From assembly GCA_035764655.1 (NCBI GenBank), contig DASTYU010000043.1, positions 4,489 to 68,488 of the forward strand: DNA of 64,000 nucleotides, in the 5' to 3' direction. Positions 48,004 to 57,715 of the stretch are shown here, in pieces; positions within the stretch are counted from its first letter, which is position 1; every line of letters starts with the position of its first letter. Below the pieces are notes generated by a model. It was not told where the DNA came from, did no database searches, and saw only the letters and a list, made by a program, of their open reading frames with translations. This stretch comes from Candidatus Limnocylindrales bacterium. Its GTDB lineage: Bacteria; Chloroflexota; Limnocylindria; Limnocylindrales; CSP1-4. Position numbers and translations under genes: made by a program.

Positions 48004-49404
48004 TCAGCCGGCGGTGGGGTGGGACATCGCCCCGTGCCCATCCGACGACGGCCGCCCCTGCGCGCGGGCCGCGAGCGCTTCCCCGAGCGCCCCCTGGAAC
48101 GCGGTCACCACGCGGTCGACGATGTCTCCCTGGGCGTGCGCCTCGCACACGAACCACGGTTCGCGGCTGTCCGGCTCGGGCATCGCACCGCGCGGCTGCA
48201 TCGCGATCGCGATCGCGTCGTACAGCTCGTGGTCGGTGTCGGCCCAGTCGCGGTATTCGGTGGCGACCCTGTCGGTGAACATGATCCCGAACATCGACGG
48301 GTGGCCCGTGAAGTGGTACGGCAGGCCGGTCGGATTGAGCACCTCGCGCAAGCCGTCCTGGATGCGCAGGCCGGTCGCCCGCACGGTCTCGAGCGCATCG
48401 GTGTCGCGGATGATCTCGAGCGTCTTCACCGCGGCCGCCGCGGCGACCCGGTTGCCCGCGTACGTGCCACCGTGGCTGACCTTGTCCGGGAGCACGCTCA
48501 TGACCTCGGCCCGACCCCCGAAGGCGGCGGCGGGATAGCCGTTGCCCATCGCCTTGGCGTACGTCCCGAGATCCGGCGTGATGCCGAAGTACTCGGCCGC
48601 GCCACCCTTGGCGAAGCGGAAACCCGTCTTCACCTCGTCGAAGATCAGCAGGATCCCGAACTCCTCGGTGAGCGCCCGCATCGCCTGGTGGAAGCCGGGC
48701 TCCGGCATGATCCCCTGCGCGTTGCCGAGGACCGGTTCGACGATGATCGCTGCGATGTCATCGCCTTCCCGCTCGAACAGCCGGCGCAGGAACTCGATGT
48801 TGTTGTAGCGGGCCGGGATGATCGTCTCGGCGACCTGCTCTGGGATCCCGCGTCCCCACGTGAGGCGGACCGGGTTGTCGGCGTCGCCGAGCTCGCTCAT
48901 GTCGTCCGGACCCACGCTGATCAGCGCGTAGTCGTGCACGCCGTGGTACTGGCCCTCGAACTTCACGATCTTGTTGCGGCCGGTGTACGCGCGCGCCACG
49001 CGCATCGCGTGCATCGTCGCCTCCGTGCCCGACACCGTCATGCGTGCCTGGTCGACCCAGCCGGTCAGCTCGCAGATCAGCTCGATCGCGCGCACCTCGT
49101 CTTCCGAGGTCAGCGAGAACGACACGCCCTTGCGCATGCGCTCGTTCACGTAGTCGTCGACGCGCGGGTCGCCATGGCCGAGGATCACGGGGCCGTAGCC
49201 CATGCGCAGGTCGATGAACTCGTTCCCGTCGGCGTCCCACACGAAGCCGCCTTGGCCGCGGTCGACGTAGATGGTGTCCTCGCCCCACGCCCGGAAGTTC
49301 GAATCCGTGCCGCCCGGCATCACCCGCAGCGCGCGCCGGTACATCTCGAGCTGGCGGGCTCGGTTCAGCGCAGGGGCGGTGGAAAGGGCGGGCTCGGTGG
49401 TCAT
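48004..49404 (-). CDS. Class III (PLP-dependent) aminotransferase, glutamate-1-semialdehyde aminomutase-like
   Basis: MPGGTDSNFRAW, DEVKTGFR PLP-lysine motif, GGTYAGN. GGAGGAG RBS before ATG at 49404. Confidence 0.85.
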   Translation of the reverse strand: MTTEPALSTAPALNRARQLEMYRRALRVMPGGTDSNFRAWGEDTIYVDRGQGGFVWDADGNEFIDLRMGYGPVILGHGDPRVDDYVNERMRKGVSFSLTSEDEVRAIELICELTGWVDQARMTVSGTEATMHAMRVARAYTGRNKIVKFEGQYHGVHDYALISVGPDDMSELGDADNPVRLTWGRGIPEQVAETIIPARYNNIEFLRRLFEREGDDIAAIIVEPVLGNAQGIMPEPGFHQAMRALTEEFGILLIFDEVKTGFRFAKGGAAEYFGITPDLGTYAKAMGNGYPAAAFGGRAEVMSVLPDKVSHGGTYAGNRVAAAAAVKTLEIIRDTDALETVRATGLRIQDGLREVLNPTGLPYHFTGHPSMFGIMFTDRVATEYRDWADTDHELYDAIAIAMQPRGAMPEPDSREPWFVCEAHAQGDIVDRVVTAFQGALGEALAARAQGRPSSDGHGAMSHPTAG

Positions 49405-49654
49405 GACTCCTCCGTGGAGCGGCGCGCCGCGGGACGCGGCCGTGGTTCGGTGCGTGGGACGGCAGTCCCACAGAGCGGGACATGCGGTCGCCATCGTGCC
49501 ATACGCCCATTCGCGCCGTCAACGCGAATATCGCAAGCACGTCAGCGCGGGGCTGCGAATTCCGCGACCTCGGGAGCCACTGCCGCGGAGATACGTCGAT
49601 TACGGATGAAGCGTTGCTGGGCACCGGGCGCGGCCGGTGCCCAGGCTTCGAAGA

Positions 49655-51259
49655 TCAGGCGCCCGGAATCTTCACCCGGAGCAGCTGGCCTCCCTCACGC
49701 TCGAACGTGACCGCCCGGTCGCCGAGGGTGCCGTCCTCTCGTTCCAGGATGAGCGAACCGGCCTGCACATCGATCAGGAACCAGCCAGGCCCCCAGATCG
49801 ATGACGCGTCGACGATGCCGCTGGACTCCCAGGCGCCCCGGTTGGCCGCGGCGGATGGGTCGATGTCGTAGCCCGGCGTCTCGTCGAGCGACTGGTCGAC
49901 TTCGATGACCGCATCCAGATCGCCCGACGACAGGTCGTATTTCCAGACGCGGGCGCCGACGCCGTCGGGGTTCGACAGCGCGAACTGATTGTGGCTGCCC
50001 GGATCCTCCTGGATGAGCAGGCTGTCAGCGGTCGTTTCGAGGTTGTCCGGCTGGTGCATCGCGAGCGGGTTGCCCGGGCCCAGTGGATCGGCGTCGATCA
50101 GGACGCTGAGGCTGTCGACCTGCGTCGGGTCGGCGTCGTCGAGGATCATCCGGAAGATGCGGCCGTTCGGATACGGCCCCATCGTGCCCGACGGGCCCCG
50201 CTGCAGGCGACCCGTCGCCGGATCGGCAATCGCCCTGGGCTCTCCGGTGTCGGCGAAGTAGACGACGTGCGGGTCGGACCGGTCGTACGCAAGGTCCTCG
50301 ATCCTGATGAACTGGAAGACGTTGTTCGCGTTGGACCAGGCCTCGAGGGCATTCTGGTCGCCGACCGCCACGTTCCGTGGCACGGGAATGAACTCGCCGG
50401 AGATGTCGTCGCCCAGGGCAAGGTCGCCGTAATCGTTGTAGCCCGCTTCGCCGACGAACGCCCACAGCTCGCCTTCGCCGTTCCAGACGGCATCGGTGTC
50501 GGCGGCAATGTAGCTGTAGAGCTGCGACGAGGGCGCCGTGAAGGTGTCGTCCCCCGAGAGCACGACAAGATCGTCATAGCCCGCGATGGGCACGCTGTTC
50601 TCGTGGTTGTGGCGACCCATCCCGTAGATCGTGCGGTACTCCCCGCTGGTGATGTCGAGGGCGACGACGACGCCTGCCTGCTCGGGCTGCGAGCCGTCGG
50701 GGTTCGGGACCGGCCAGGCGAGACCCTGGCGGTTGACGATGTCGGTGGCCTCTTCATTCGCGAACAGGATCGGGCGGTCGAAGCCGTGCTCCTCGGTGGC
50801 GAGGAAATTCGAGCAGAAGCGCTGGTAGTTGGCGTCGCTCGGGATGGCGTCGGACGCTTCGACCACTCCGACGGAATTCTGGTTCAGCGTGAGGAGATCG
50901 ACGTGCGAGTTCGTGAAATCGGTCAGCGTGCCGGGGAATGGCACGAGCGACGTCTCGTGGTTCACGAACAGGTCCACGGTGCCCTTGCCGTGGCGGACGA
51001 GGCTGATGCCGTCGGGGATCGAATCGAACATGAACCCGCCGTCGAGCTCATCGCCGACGGAGATGATCGGATCGATCACGACTCCGTCGGGCGCGTCGTT
51101 TCCCTCCATGAGCATCGCGTCGATCGAGGTACGGAACCCGGCCTTGCCCTTGCCGCCCGGCGCAGCGGCAGCCGATGCTGCGAGCGCGGCGGTAAGGGTC
51201 ATTGCCGTCAGGAGCGCAAGGGCTCGGCGAGCGCGCACACGGGCACGGGAGTTGCGCAT
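49655..51259 (-). CDS. Secreted PhoX/DUF839-like beta-propeller protein (putative phosphatase)
   Basis: Signal peptide MRNSRARVRARRALALLTAMTLTAALAASAAAAP, GGAGGAA RBS, motifs VYFADTGEP and NPDNLETTADSLLIQED typical of the PhoX/DUF839 family. Family assignment is tentative. Confidence 0.65.
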   Translation of the reverse strand: MRNSRARVRARRALALLTAMTLTAALAASAAAAPGGKGKAGFRTSIDAMLMEGNDAPDGVVIDPIISVGDELDGGFMFDSIPDGISLVRHGKGTVDLFVNHETSLVPFPGTLTDFTNSHVDLLTLNQNSVGVVEASDAIPSDANYQRFCSNFLATEEHGFDRPILFANEEATDIVNRQGLAWPVPNPDGSQPEQAGVVVALDITSGEYRTIYGMGRHNHENSVPIAGYDDLVVLSGDDTFTAPSSQLYSYIAADTDAVWNGEGELWAFVGEAGYNDYGDLALGDDISGEFIPVPRNVAVGDQNALEAWSNANNVFQFIRIEDLAYDRSDPHVVYFADTGEPRAIADPATGRLQRGPSGTMGPYPNGRIFRMILDDADPTQVDSLSVLIDADPLGPGNPLAMHQPDNLETTADSLLIQEDPGSHNQFALSNPDGVGARVWKYDLSSGDLDAVIEVDQSLDETPGYDIDPSAAANRGAWESSGIVDASSIWGPGWFLIDVQAGSLILEREDGTLGDRAVTFEREGGQLLRVKIPGA

Positions 51260-51345
51260 CGCGTATTCCTCCATTCGCGCAGCTTCAACTCTGGGCTGGC
51301 TATCGTGACCGGCTCCGCGGCGGCACGCAACTGCCAAACGGCACG

Positions 51346-53031
51346 TCAGGCCGGCGCAGCCACCCAGGCCGGCAACTCGCGCGACAGTGTCGCCAGCGGC
51401 AGCGAGCCGTGGCCGAGCACCGCGTCGTGGAAGGTTCGGACATCGAAGTCCTTGCCGTCCCGCGCGCTCAGCTCGGAGCGGAGCCGTTCGATCTCGCGCT
51501 GACCGATCTTGTAGGTGAGCGCCTGGCCTGGCCAGCAGATGTAGCGGTCGGTCTCGATCACCGCGTCGGTCTCGGACAGTCCGATCTTCTGGAGCAGGTC
51601 GATCGAGCGCTGGCGCGGCCAGCGCAGGGCGTGGATGCCGGTGTCGACGACCAGCCGCGCGGCGCGCCACGCCTGCGCGTCGAGCATGCCGAACCGCTCG
51701 CCCTCGCTCCGGAAGAGGCCCATCTCGTCGGCCAGCCGCTCGCTGTACAGGCCCCAGCCCTCGACGTACGCCGCGCCGACCATCCGGGCGCCGAGCCGGC
51801 GGAACGTGTTGAGGTCCGGGTTCTCCATCTCCAAGGTGATCTGGAAGTGGTGGCCGGGTACGGCCTCGTGATAGGTGGTGGTCGCGAGCTTCGTGTACTT
51901 GCGGCTCGGCAGGTCGTAGCCGTTGGCGTAGTAGATGCCCTGACGGCTGCCGTCGGTCGTCGGCGGGTAGTAGTAGGCGAAGGGCGCGTCCCGCTCCTTG
52001 AACTCCTCGACCGGCCGCACGCCCACGCCTGCCCGCGGAAGGCGGCCGAAGTAGCGCGGCGCCGCCGCGAGTCCACGCTCGATGTCCTCGTTGGCGCGCG
52101 CGACGAGCTCATCCTTCGTCCGCGGGGTGTTCTCGGGGTCGGCCTCGATCGAGCGGCGGTAGGCGTCGATGTCGTCGCCGAACCCGGCCCGGCGCGAGAT
52201 CCTGCGCCGCTCCTCATCGATCGCGTCGAGCTCCTCGAGCCCGATCCGGTGCACGGCCTCGGGATCCAGCTCGAGCGTGGTCCATGAGCGGATCGCCGTG
52301 CGGTACAGCGCCTCACCGTTCGGCGCCGACCAGAGCCCGGGTTCCTCGCGGGTGTGCGGCAGGTAGTCGGTCCGCAGGACGTCCAGGTACGCCTGATCGG
52401 CCGGGTAGGCGATATCGCGAATCGCGTCGCGGATGCGCTCGCGGTCCGCGTCCGATTCGACCTTGATCATCGACGGCACGATCGCCGCGTCGATGGGCAC
52501 CTCGAGCATCCGCTCGATCTGCGCGATGGTGCGCTCGGCCACGATTCGTGGTGCGGTCAGGCCGGACGCGATGCCCTCCCGGAGGATGCCCGTGTTGGCG
52601 GCCATGTAGTCCCGGTAGGCGTGAATGCGCGCGAGGAACGCGTCGAGCCGGGCCGGCGTATCCGCCGTCTGGAACGAGGTGAGCTGGGGCAGCGTCTGCT
52701 GCGGGCCGCTCATCTGGTCGACGACGCGGAGCTGGTGGATCCGCTGGTCGTCCTCTTCGATGCCCAGCTCGGCGACGACACGCAGCATGTCCCGCGTGAT
52801 CCGATCCTCGGTCGCGAGGCCGTCGACGGGGATGGCGTCCACCTCGGCCAGGGTGCGCTCCATCAGCCGCCGGGTGGCGGCGCGGCCCTCGGGGCCTGGG
52901 TCGTCCAGGCGGTCGGCATAGCGTTCGTCGCCGTAGACCGTCGCGGTCACGGGGTTCAGCTCGAGGATCGCTTCCCAGAAGCGCTCGGACAGCTCGTCGA
53001 CTGCCGAGGCGTGTCGGTTGTCGTTGGTCAC
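51346..53031 (-). CDS. DUF885-family protein (putative metallopeptidase-like, HExxH-like HEAVPGHH)
   Basis: 561 aa, highly characteristic DUF885 layout (YHEAVPGHHFQ, YVEGWGLYSE). Confidence 0.8.
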   Translation of the reverse strand: MTNDNRHASAVDELSERFWEAILELNPVTATVYGDERYADRLDDPGPEGRAATRRLMERTLAEVDAIPVDGLATEDRITRDMLRVVAELGIEEDDQRIHQLRVVDQMSGPQQTLPQLTSFQTADTPARLDAFLARIHAYRDYMAANTGILREGIASGLTAPRIVAERTIAQIERMLEVPIDAAIVPSMIKVESDADRERIRDAIRDIAYPADQAYLDVLRTDYLPHTREEPGLWSAPNGEALYRTAIRSWTTLELDPEAVHRIGLEELDAIDEERRRISRRAGFGDDIDAYRRSIEADPENTPRTKDELVARANEDIERGLAAAPRYFGRLPRAGVGVRPVEEFKERDAPFAYYYPPTTDGSRQGIYYANGYDLPSRKYTKLATTTYHEAVPGHHFQITLEMENPDLNTFRRLGARMVGAAYVEGWGLYSERLADEMGLFRSEGERFGMLDAQAWRAARLVVDTGIHALRWPRQRSIDLLQKIGLSETDAVIETDRYICWPGQALTYKIGQREIERLRSELSARDGKDFDVRTFHDAVLGHGSLPLATLSRELPAWVAAPA

Positions 53032-53109
53032 GGAGTGGGCTCCTGCGTGCGCGGGGCAGTGCGCTCGTTGTTGGGGCGCCTAGCGTAGCGGAGCGCCCGG
53101 TGTCCCGCG

Positions 53110-55857
53110 TCAGCCCTCGAACAGCGCCAGCTGCTCGCCCGTTCGCTCGACGAGCGGATCAAGCCCGAGCAACGGCTCGAGCCCGTCGAGGTCGAGCTCC
53201 TCGCGTGCCAGGAACGAGCGAAGGTGGCTGCTCTTGAGGATATGCCACGGCCCCTCGTCCATGGCGGCGCGCAGCAGCGAAGAGCGCTCGAGCTTGTAGC
53301 GCACGAGCTCCGTGCGCTCCGGGGCGATCACCAGGAAGCGGACGATCCGCTCATCCCCTGGGATGCGCGCGTGGCGGCGCAGCAGCGGCTCGCCGAGCAT
53401 CGCAGTCCACTCCACCTCGAACAGGAACGCGAGCTTGCCGCGGACATACCAGATGCAGTCGACGTCGAGCAGCTCCTGGCTCCGGGTCAACCAGCCAAGC
53501 GCACCTTCGCGTTCGCGGATGCTGAGGACGTCACCGAGCGGCGCCCCGTCGATGCGCCGGCTCTGCTCGCGCTGGCCGAGCCACACCTGCAAGCCGAGGC
53601 GGTGCCCCCCGTCCGCGAGGGCGGCGAGCAGTTCGGTGTGCTCCTGGCTACGGCGCAACAGGTCGTCGCCGGTCACGGTCCGGTCCGGCGTGCTGGCCGG
53701 GCTCCGATAGCTGTCGAGGCAGGCACGGACGAGCGCCTTGTCGGCGAGATCGTGACCGGTGAAGAGCGCCGCGATCCGTTCGTAGAAGGCCGATTCGGGA
53801 AGCGGGCCGGCGGTCGAGAGCAGGCTGAACACCGCCCATTCGACGCGGTCCGCCAGCGGCGCGGCCGCCGTCTCGCGATCCTGGCGGTCGCCGAGCCACC
53901 AGCGGCCCGGCTCGATCTCGACCACCCGGTGCTGGGTGGGGCGGGTCAGCTCGGCGTCGATGAGCGCAAGCAGCCGTTCGACGGAGTCCGACGATTCCTG
54001 GGCCCCGGCGACCCGGCCGCTGGCGGCCACCGGCACGGTCCGCGCCTGCTCGACGGGTTCGGCGGCCGCCCCGACCGCCTCCGGCTCGGGTTGGTCGTCC
54101 ATCGGAGCGAGCGCTGCATGCGGGCGTTCGGGTGGTTCCTCCGCGCTCGCGGAAGGGGACGTAATGTAGCGGCGCAGCAGTCCGGCCCGGTCGAGACCCA
54201 CCAGCAGTTCGCCGAGGAGCCGCTCGTCACGTGCCGGCTCGCCGCGCGCCTTGAGCATCTCGACCGCCGTCTCGGATACCTTGCGCGCCGCCTCGAGCGC
54301 CGAGAACGGCCGCTGATCGAGGCGCTCGGGTGCCGCAAACAGGCCGGGTCCGGGCACGAGGTCCGGATCCCCTGCCCCGCCGGGCACGGGCGGCAGCGAG
54401 ACGTTGGCGCGTGTGCGCGGCCCGGGCGGCAGCGCCGCGTTGGGCGGCAGCAGCTCGACGGAGCCCGTGCCGTCGTCGTCGCCCAGGCGCGCGGTCAGCA
54501 GGCGGAATCCTGCGGCGCTGCCGCCGAGCACGGCGGACACGAGCGCCTCGCGCCCGCCTTCGACGAGCAGCACGGCACGACCGTCGCGGGCCATGGCCGG
54601 GGCGATCGCCTCGAGCGTCCGCCCAATCGCGGCCGACTGCCAGCTCCACGGCGCCTGCAGTCCGGGCCCCGCGAGCGCGTCGGCCGGAACCAGCGACGCG
54701 GCCTCGCGGCCGAGCACCCACGCGGTCCCGTGGTATGCGGTCGCCAGGCGGTCGAGGGCGGGTCGCGGGGGCGGCTGGGCGAGGACGAGCCGGACCCGCG
54801 CCGTGTTCCCCCGACCCGGATCCACGCCATCGAGACCAAGCGAGCGCACCCCGCCAGGGCCGGCCAGGCCGAGCAACGCCGTCGCGCTGCCCTCGGCGAG
54901 GCTGCGCACGTCCTCGCCGAGCCGGGCGGGCACCGGCCCGACGGTGCCACTCTCGAGGCCCTGCACGAACCCGCGAACGATGCGGAATCCCTCCTCGAAG
55001 CAGGCCCACGGGTTGCGCTCCCGCCAGGTCGCCGAGCCGGGCACCTTGACGTGCCCGGCCGCGACCCGCAGTGGCGCCGTTCGGCCGGCGCTCGAGGCCA
55101 GGCGGCTTGCCGGCAGGATTGCATGGAGGACTGCCAGCCGCAGCGCCGCGAGGACGGGCGCGGCGCGGAGCTCGCCCTCGATGCGGGCGACGATGGCGGC
55201 CAGCCCCACGAGCTGCCGCGGCGAATGCAGATCGAGGAGCTCGTCGACGAGGTCGGGCGCCCCGTCGATGGGCGGGAACCGTTCGGCCAGCTCCCGACGG
55301 ACGGCGGCCGCGCCGACCTCCGCAGTCGCCCGGGCCAGGTCATCGTCGTCGAGCGGCACCTCGCGGAGCTCGGCGCCACCACGCTGATCGCGGCACACCG
55401 CGCAGCGGTAGCGCCGGGCGATGGGCTGCGAGTCCCCCGCACCGTCGCCCGACGCCCACGTGATCTCGTCGGCGACCAGCGTCCGTCCGCAGGTCGCACA
55501 GCGCGTGGCGAACAGGTCGCCGAGCGACACCTTGAGGCTCGATGCGCCGCGCGGCGAGGCCGCGATGCCCTGGAATGCCGCGTCGAGGTGCCGCACGTCC
55601 GGCGGTCGGAGCACGACCTCGGCGAGCATCCGCGTCAGCGGGCTCGACTCGAGCGACGCGACCCGGCGCTGCCGGTCGAGGCCGGCACGGGCGATCCAGC
55701 CGCCGCGCCCGAACGGGTCGACGACGATGTCGCGAGGGCCCGTGTGGGCGTCGATGAAGGCGACGACGTGGTCCGCCGCAGGCGCCGGCGCGAGCCGGTC
55801 GAGTACCGGGAGCGCGTGGCGCGGCTCGAGTGATCCCGGCCCGGGACGGCCCGTCAT
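53110..55857 (-). CDS. Large (915 aa) conserved hypothetical protein: N-terminal methyltransferase-like glycine motif, Cys4 zinc ribbon, long Ala/Leu-rich central region, C-terminal PD-(D/E)xK-like segment
   Basis: DIVVDPFGRGGW resembles the SAM-binding motif I (DPFxGSG) of N6/N4 DNA methyltransferases, but no D/NPPY motif was found. CATCGRTL...YRCAVCRD ribbon. C-terminal GLQVWLG...DVDCIWYVRGKLAFLFEVEWT resembles a restriction-endonuclease-like core. No Walker A. Confidence 0.6.
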   Translation of the reverse strand: MTGRPGPGSLEPRHALPVLDRLAPAPAADHVVAFIDAHTGPRDIVVDPFGRGGWIARAGLDRQRRVASLESSPLTRMLAEVVLRPPDVRHLDAAFQGIAASPRGASSLKVSLGDLFATRCATCGRTLVADEITWASGDGAGDSQPIARRYRCAVCRDQRGGAELREVPLDDDDLARATAEVGAAAVRRELAERFPPIDGAPDLVDELLDLHSPRQLVGLAAIVARIEGELRAAPVLAALRLAVLHAILPASRLASSAGRTAPLRVAAGHVKVPGSATWRERNPWACFEEGFRIVRGFVQGLESGTVGPVPARLGEDVRSLAEGSATALLGLAGPGGVRSLGLDGVDPGRGNTARVRLVLAQPPPRPALDRLATAYHGTAWVLGREAASLVPADALAGPGLQAPWSWQSAAIGRTLEAIAPAMARDGRAVLLVEGGREALVSAVLGGSAAGFRLLTARLGDDDGTGSVELLPPNAALPPGPRTRANVSLPPVPGGAGDPDLVPGPGLFAAPERLDQRPFSALEAARKVSETAVEMLKARGEPARDERLLGELLVGLDRAGLLRRYITSPSASAEEPPERPHAALAPMDDQPEPEAVGAAAEPVEQARTVPVAASGRVAGAQESSDSVERLLALIDAELTRPTQHRVVEIEPGRWWLGDRQDRETAAAPLADRVEWAVFSLLSTAGPLPESAFYERIAALFTGHDLADKALVRACLDSYRSPASTPDRTVTGDDLLRRSQEHTELLAALADGGHRLGLQVWLGQREQSRRIDGAPLGDVLSIREREGALGWLTRSQELLDVDCIWYVRGKLAFLFEVEWTAMLGEPLLRRHARIPGDERIVRFLVIAPERTELVRYKLERSSLLRAAMDEGPWHILKSSHLRSFLAREELDLDGLEPLLGLDPLVERTGEQLALFEG

Positions 55858-55923
55858 CGGTCGATCGTAGCCGACCCCGGCGGTCGTTCGACGGCCCCGC
55901 GGACAAGCGCGGGACCGGCCCGA

Positions 55924-56781
55924 CTACGACTCCTCGAGCTCGTCCGGCTCCTCTTCGAAGGCCTCTTCCGTGGTCGACTCGGGCGGCAGGACGCGATCGA
56001 GGTCCTCGATCTCCTCGTCTTCTTCGTCGTCCTCGAGATCCTCCTCGAGCTCCATCTCCTCGCGGACGAGGGTGCCCTTCGTGTACGGCCGCAGGTCGGT
56101 CGACTTGGCTGCGGTCGGGAAGCTCACCTTCCCGTAGTTGCGCGGGTCCTGGAAGATCTCGCGGATGATGATCCGGACGTCCTTGTCGCCCAGCGACGTG
56201 ACGCCGGCCGCGTACTTGTTGCCGTCGGCCATGAGCTTGAGCAGGCGCGCCGCGACGCGCGGCTCGACGATGCCGATGCGCACGCTGTTGCTGATGGCAA
56301 CGAGTCGGCTGCCCTCGGGCGTCAGCTCCACCGAGTCACCCGGATTCACCTGGGCGAGCTGGCGGGGGTCGGCGAGGTCGGTCAGATAGGCAAAGCCGGT
56401 CTTGCCGGTCTCCTCCACGAAGATCGACACGGGCGCCTTGCTGCCCTCGAGGGCCGGGACGGTCTTCTCGCCCGCCGCGACCAGGAGGACCTTGAGCCGG
56501 TCGATGTTGCGCTCGGCAATGCGGTTCGTCGGGTCGAGTGACAGGGCGGTCTGGTAGTGCTCGCGCGCGCTGGCCAGCTCGCCGAGCTCCCAGAGCGCCT
56601 TGGCGAGGCGATTCTCGGCCTCGGCGTCCGCGCCGAGCTCGAGCAGCTTGCGGTTCGTTTCAGCCGCATCCGCCCACTGCGCGGCCGCCGCCTGGGCGAT
56701 GGCCTGCTCGGCCAGCTGGCGCTTCTGGCGGGTCAGGTTGACCGGCGGCTGGGTGGTCGTCTCGATGTCGGGGAAGGTCAC
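55924..56781 (-). CDS. TPR-containing protein with a conserved middle domain and a highly acidic C-terminal tail
   Basis: GTG start with AAGGA RBS. TPR-like LGADAEAENRLAKALWELGELASAREHYQTALSLDP; acidic tail EEMELEEDLEDDEEDEEIEDLD. 66 bp upstream of the 915-aa gene. Confidence 0.55.
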   Translation of the reverse strand: MTFPDIETTTQPPVNLTRQKRQLAEQAIAQAAAAQWADAAETNRKLLELGADAEAENRLAKALWELGELASAREHYQTALSLDPTNRIAERNIDRLKVLLVAAGEKTVPALEGSKAPVSIFVEETGKTGFAYLTDLADPRQLAQVNPGDSVELTPEGSRLVAISNSVRIGIVEPRVAARLLKLMADGNKYAAGVTSLGDKDVRIIIREIFQDPRNYGKVSFPTAAKSTDLRPYTKGTLVREEMELEEDLEDDEEDEEIEDLDRVLPPESTTEEAFEEEPDELEES

Positions 56782-56822
56782 GAGTGCGAACGTCCTTTCG
56801 GGAGGGTGTCGAGGGCGCCACT

Positions 56823-56850
56823 TTCTAGCACCCATCCGACAGCGCGTCAA
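56823..56850 (-). promoter_or_regulatory. Candidate sigma-A-like promoter for the TPR / 915-aa gene pair (TTGACG-N17-TAGAAA)
   Basis: Minus-strand read: TTGACGcgctgtcggatgggtgcTAGAAA, then about 30 nt of leader with AAAGGA before the GTG at 56781. Confidence 0.3.
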
Positions 56851-56875
56851 ACGATCGCGCGCGAACGCGCCGCGG

Positions 56876-57715
56876 TCAGCCCAGCGCCTGCCGGTTCCAG
56901 GCGACCACGATCAGGCCGAGAAGCACGAGCAGCACGGTCTGCCAGATCCAGGTTCGGTCGCGCCGTCGCGCAGACGCCCCGTGGAAGGCATCCCACAGGT
57001 AGAACACGAGCGTCAGCAGGGCCGGTCCGATCAGGCGCGGTATCTCCATGGCGCGCAGCGCCGCCGCTCCGATCGCGATCGCCAGCGCGTACGTCGCCGC
57101 GGACCACAGGGCGTCGCGCAGGCGCGTCACGCGGAGCGCGGCGACGCGGTAACCGAGCAGGAACGCGACCAGGGCATCGGCTGCGGCGAGCATGGTCAGG
57201 TTCGCGCCCTCGGTCCCTTCGCCTCCTCGAGCGAGGCCCCCCGGGACGAGTGCCGCGACCCCCGTGAACGCGAGGAACGCCACGATGAGCGTGGCGATCA
57301 GGACCGCGGTCCGGTCCTCGGGACCCGCGCCGGAGCGGGAGGCGAGGATCGCGCTCTCGATGGCGAGGCAGCGCTCGACGAGCAGCCCGGTCGCGAGCAG
57401 GGCCGGCGCCAGCCAGAGCCCGAACGGCACGAGCCGGATCGCACCGAGACAGGCGATCGTCGCGACCGCTGGAAGGATGAGCGCCTCGATCGGGACGCCG
57501 CTCGTCTCGGCCGCTGGATCGTCCTCGGCCAGCACCTGCAGCGCGCCGAGGAGCATGCCGGCGAGCACCAACCCGGCGACCAGCCACACGCTGTCACCAT
57601 CGAGCAGGCGCGACACGCCGACCCCGGTGACCGCCGCCAGTGTCAGGTCGATGCGGGACGCGCGCCCCTCGCCGGCGTGCCCCGTCCCCGGGGGTGACGC
57701 CGCGACGGTGCTCAT
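56876..57715 (-). CDS. Integral membrane protein (multi-TM), start overlaps the PolX stop
   Basis: Start at MSTVAASPPG (codon 30 of the ORF); many hydrophobic helices. Confidence 0.55.
   Translation of the reverse strand: MSTVAASPPGTGHAGEGRASRIDLTLAAVTGVGVSRLLDGDSVWLVAGLVLAGMLLGALQVLAEDDPAAETSGVPIEALILPAVATIACLGAIRLVPFGLWLAPALLATGLLVERCLAIESAILASRSGAGPEDRTAVLIATLIVAFLAFTGVAALVPGGLARGGEGTEGANLTMLAAADALVAFLLGYRVAALRVTRLRDALWSAATYALAIAIGAAALRAMEIPRLIGPALLTLVFYLWDAFHGASARRRDRTWIWQTVLLVLLGLIVVAWNRQALG

Noticed and set aside
53224-55833. 869-aa plus-strand ORF antisense to the 915-aa protein gene
   Set aside because: It is about 17% Arg with no motifs, and the minus-strand frame has a structured, motif-bearing composition.
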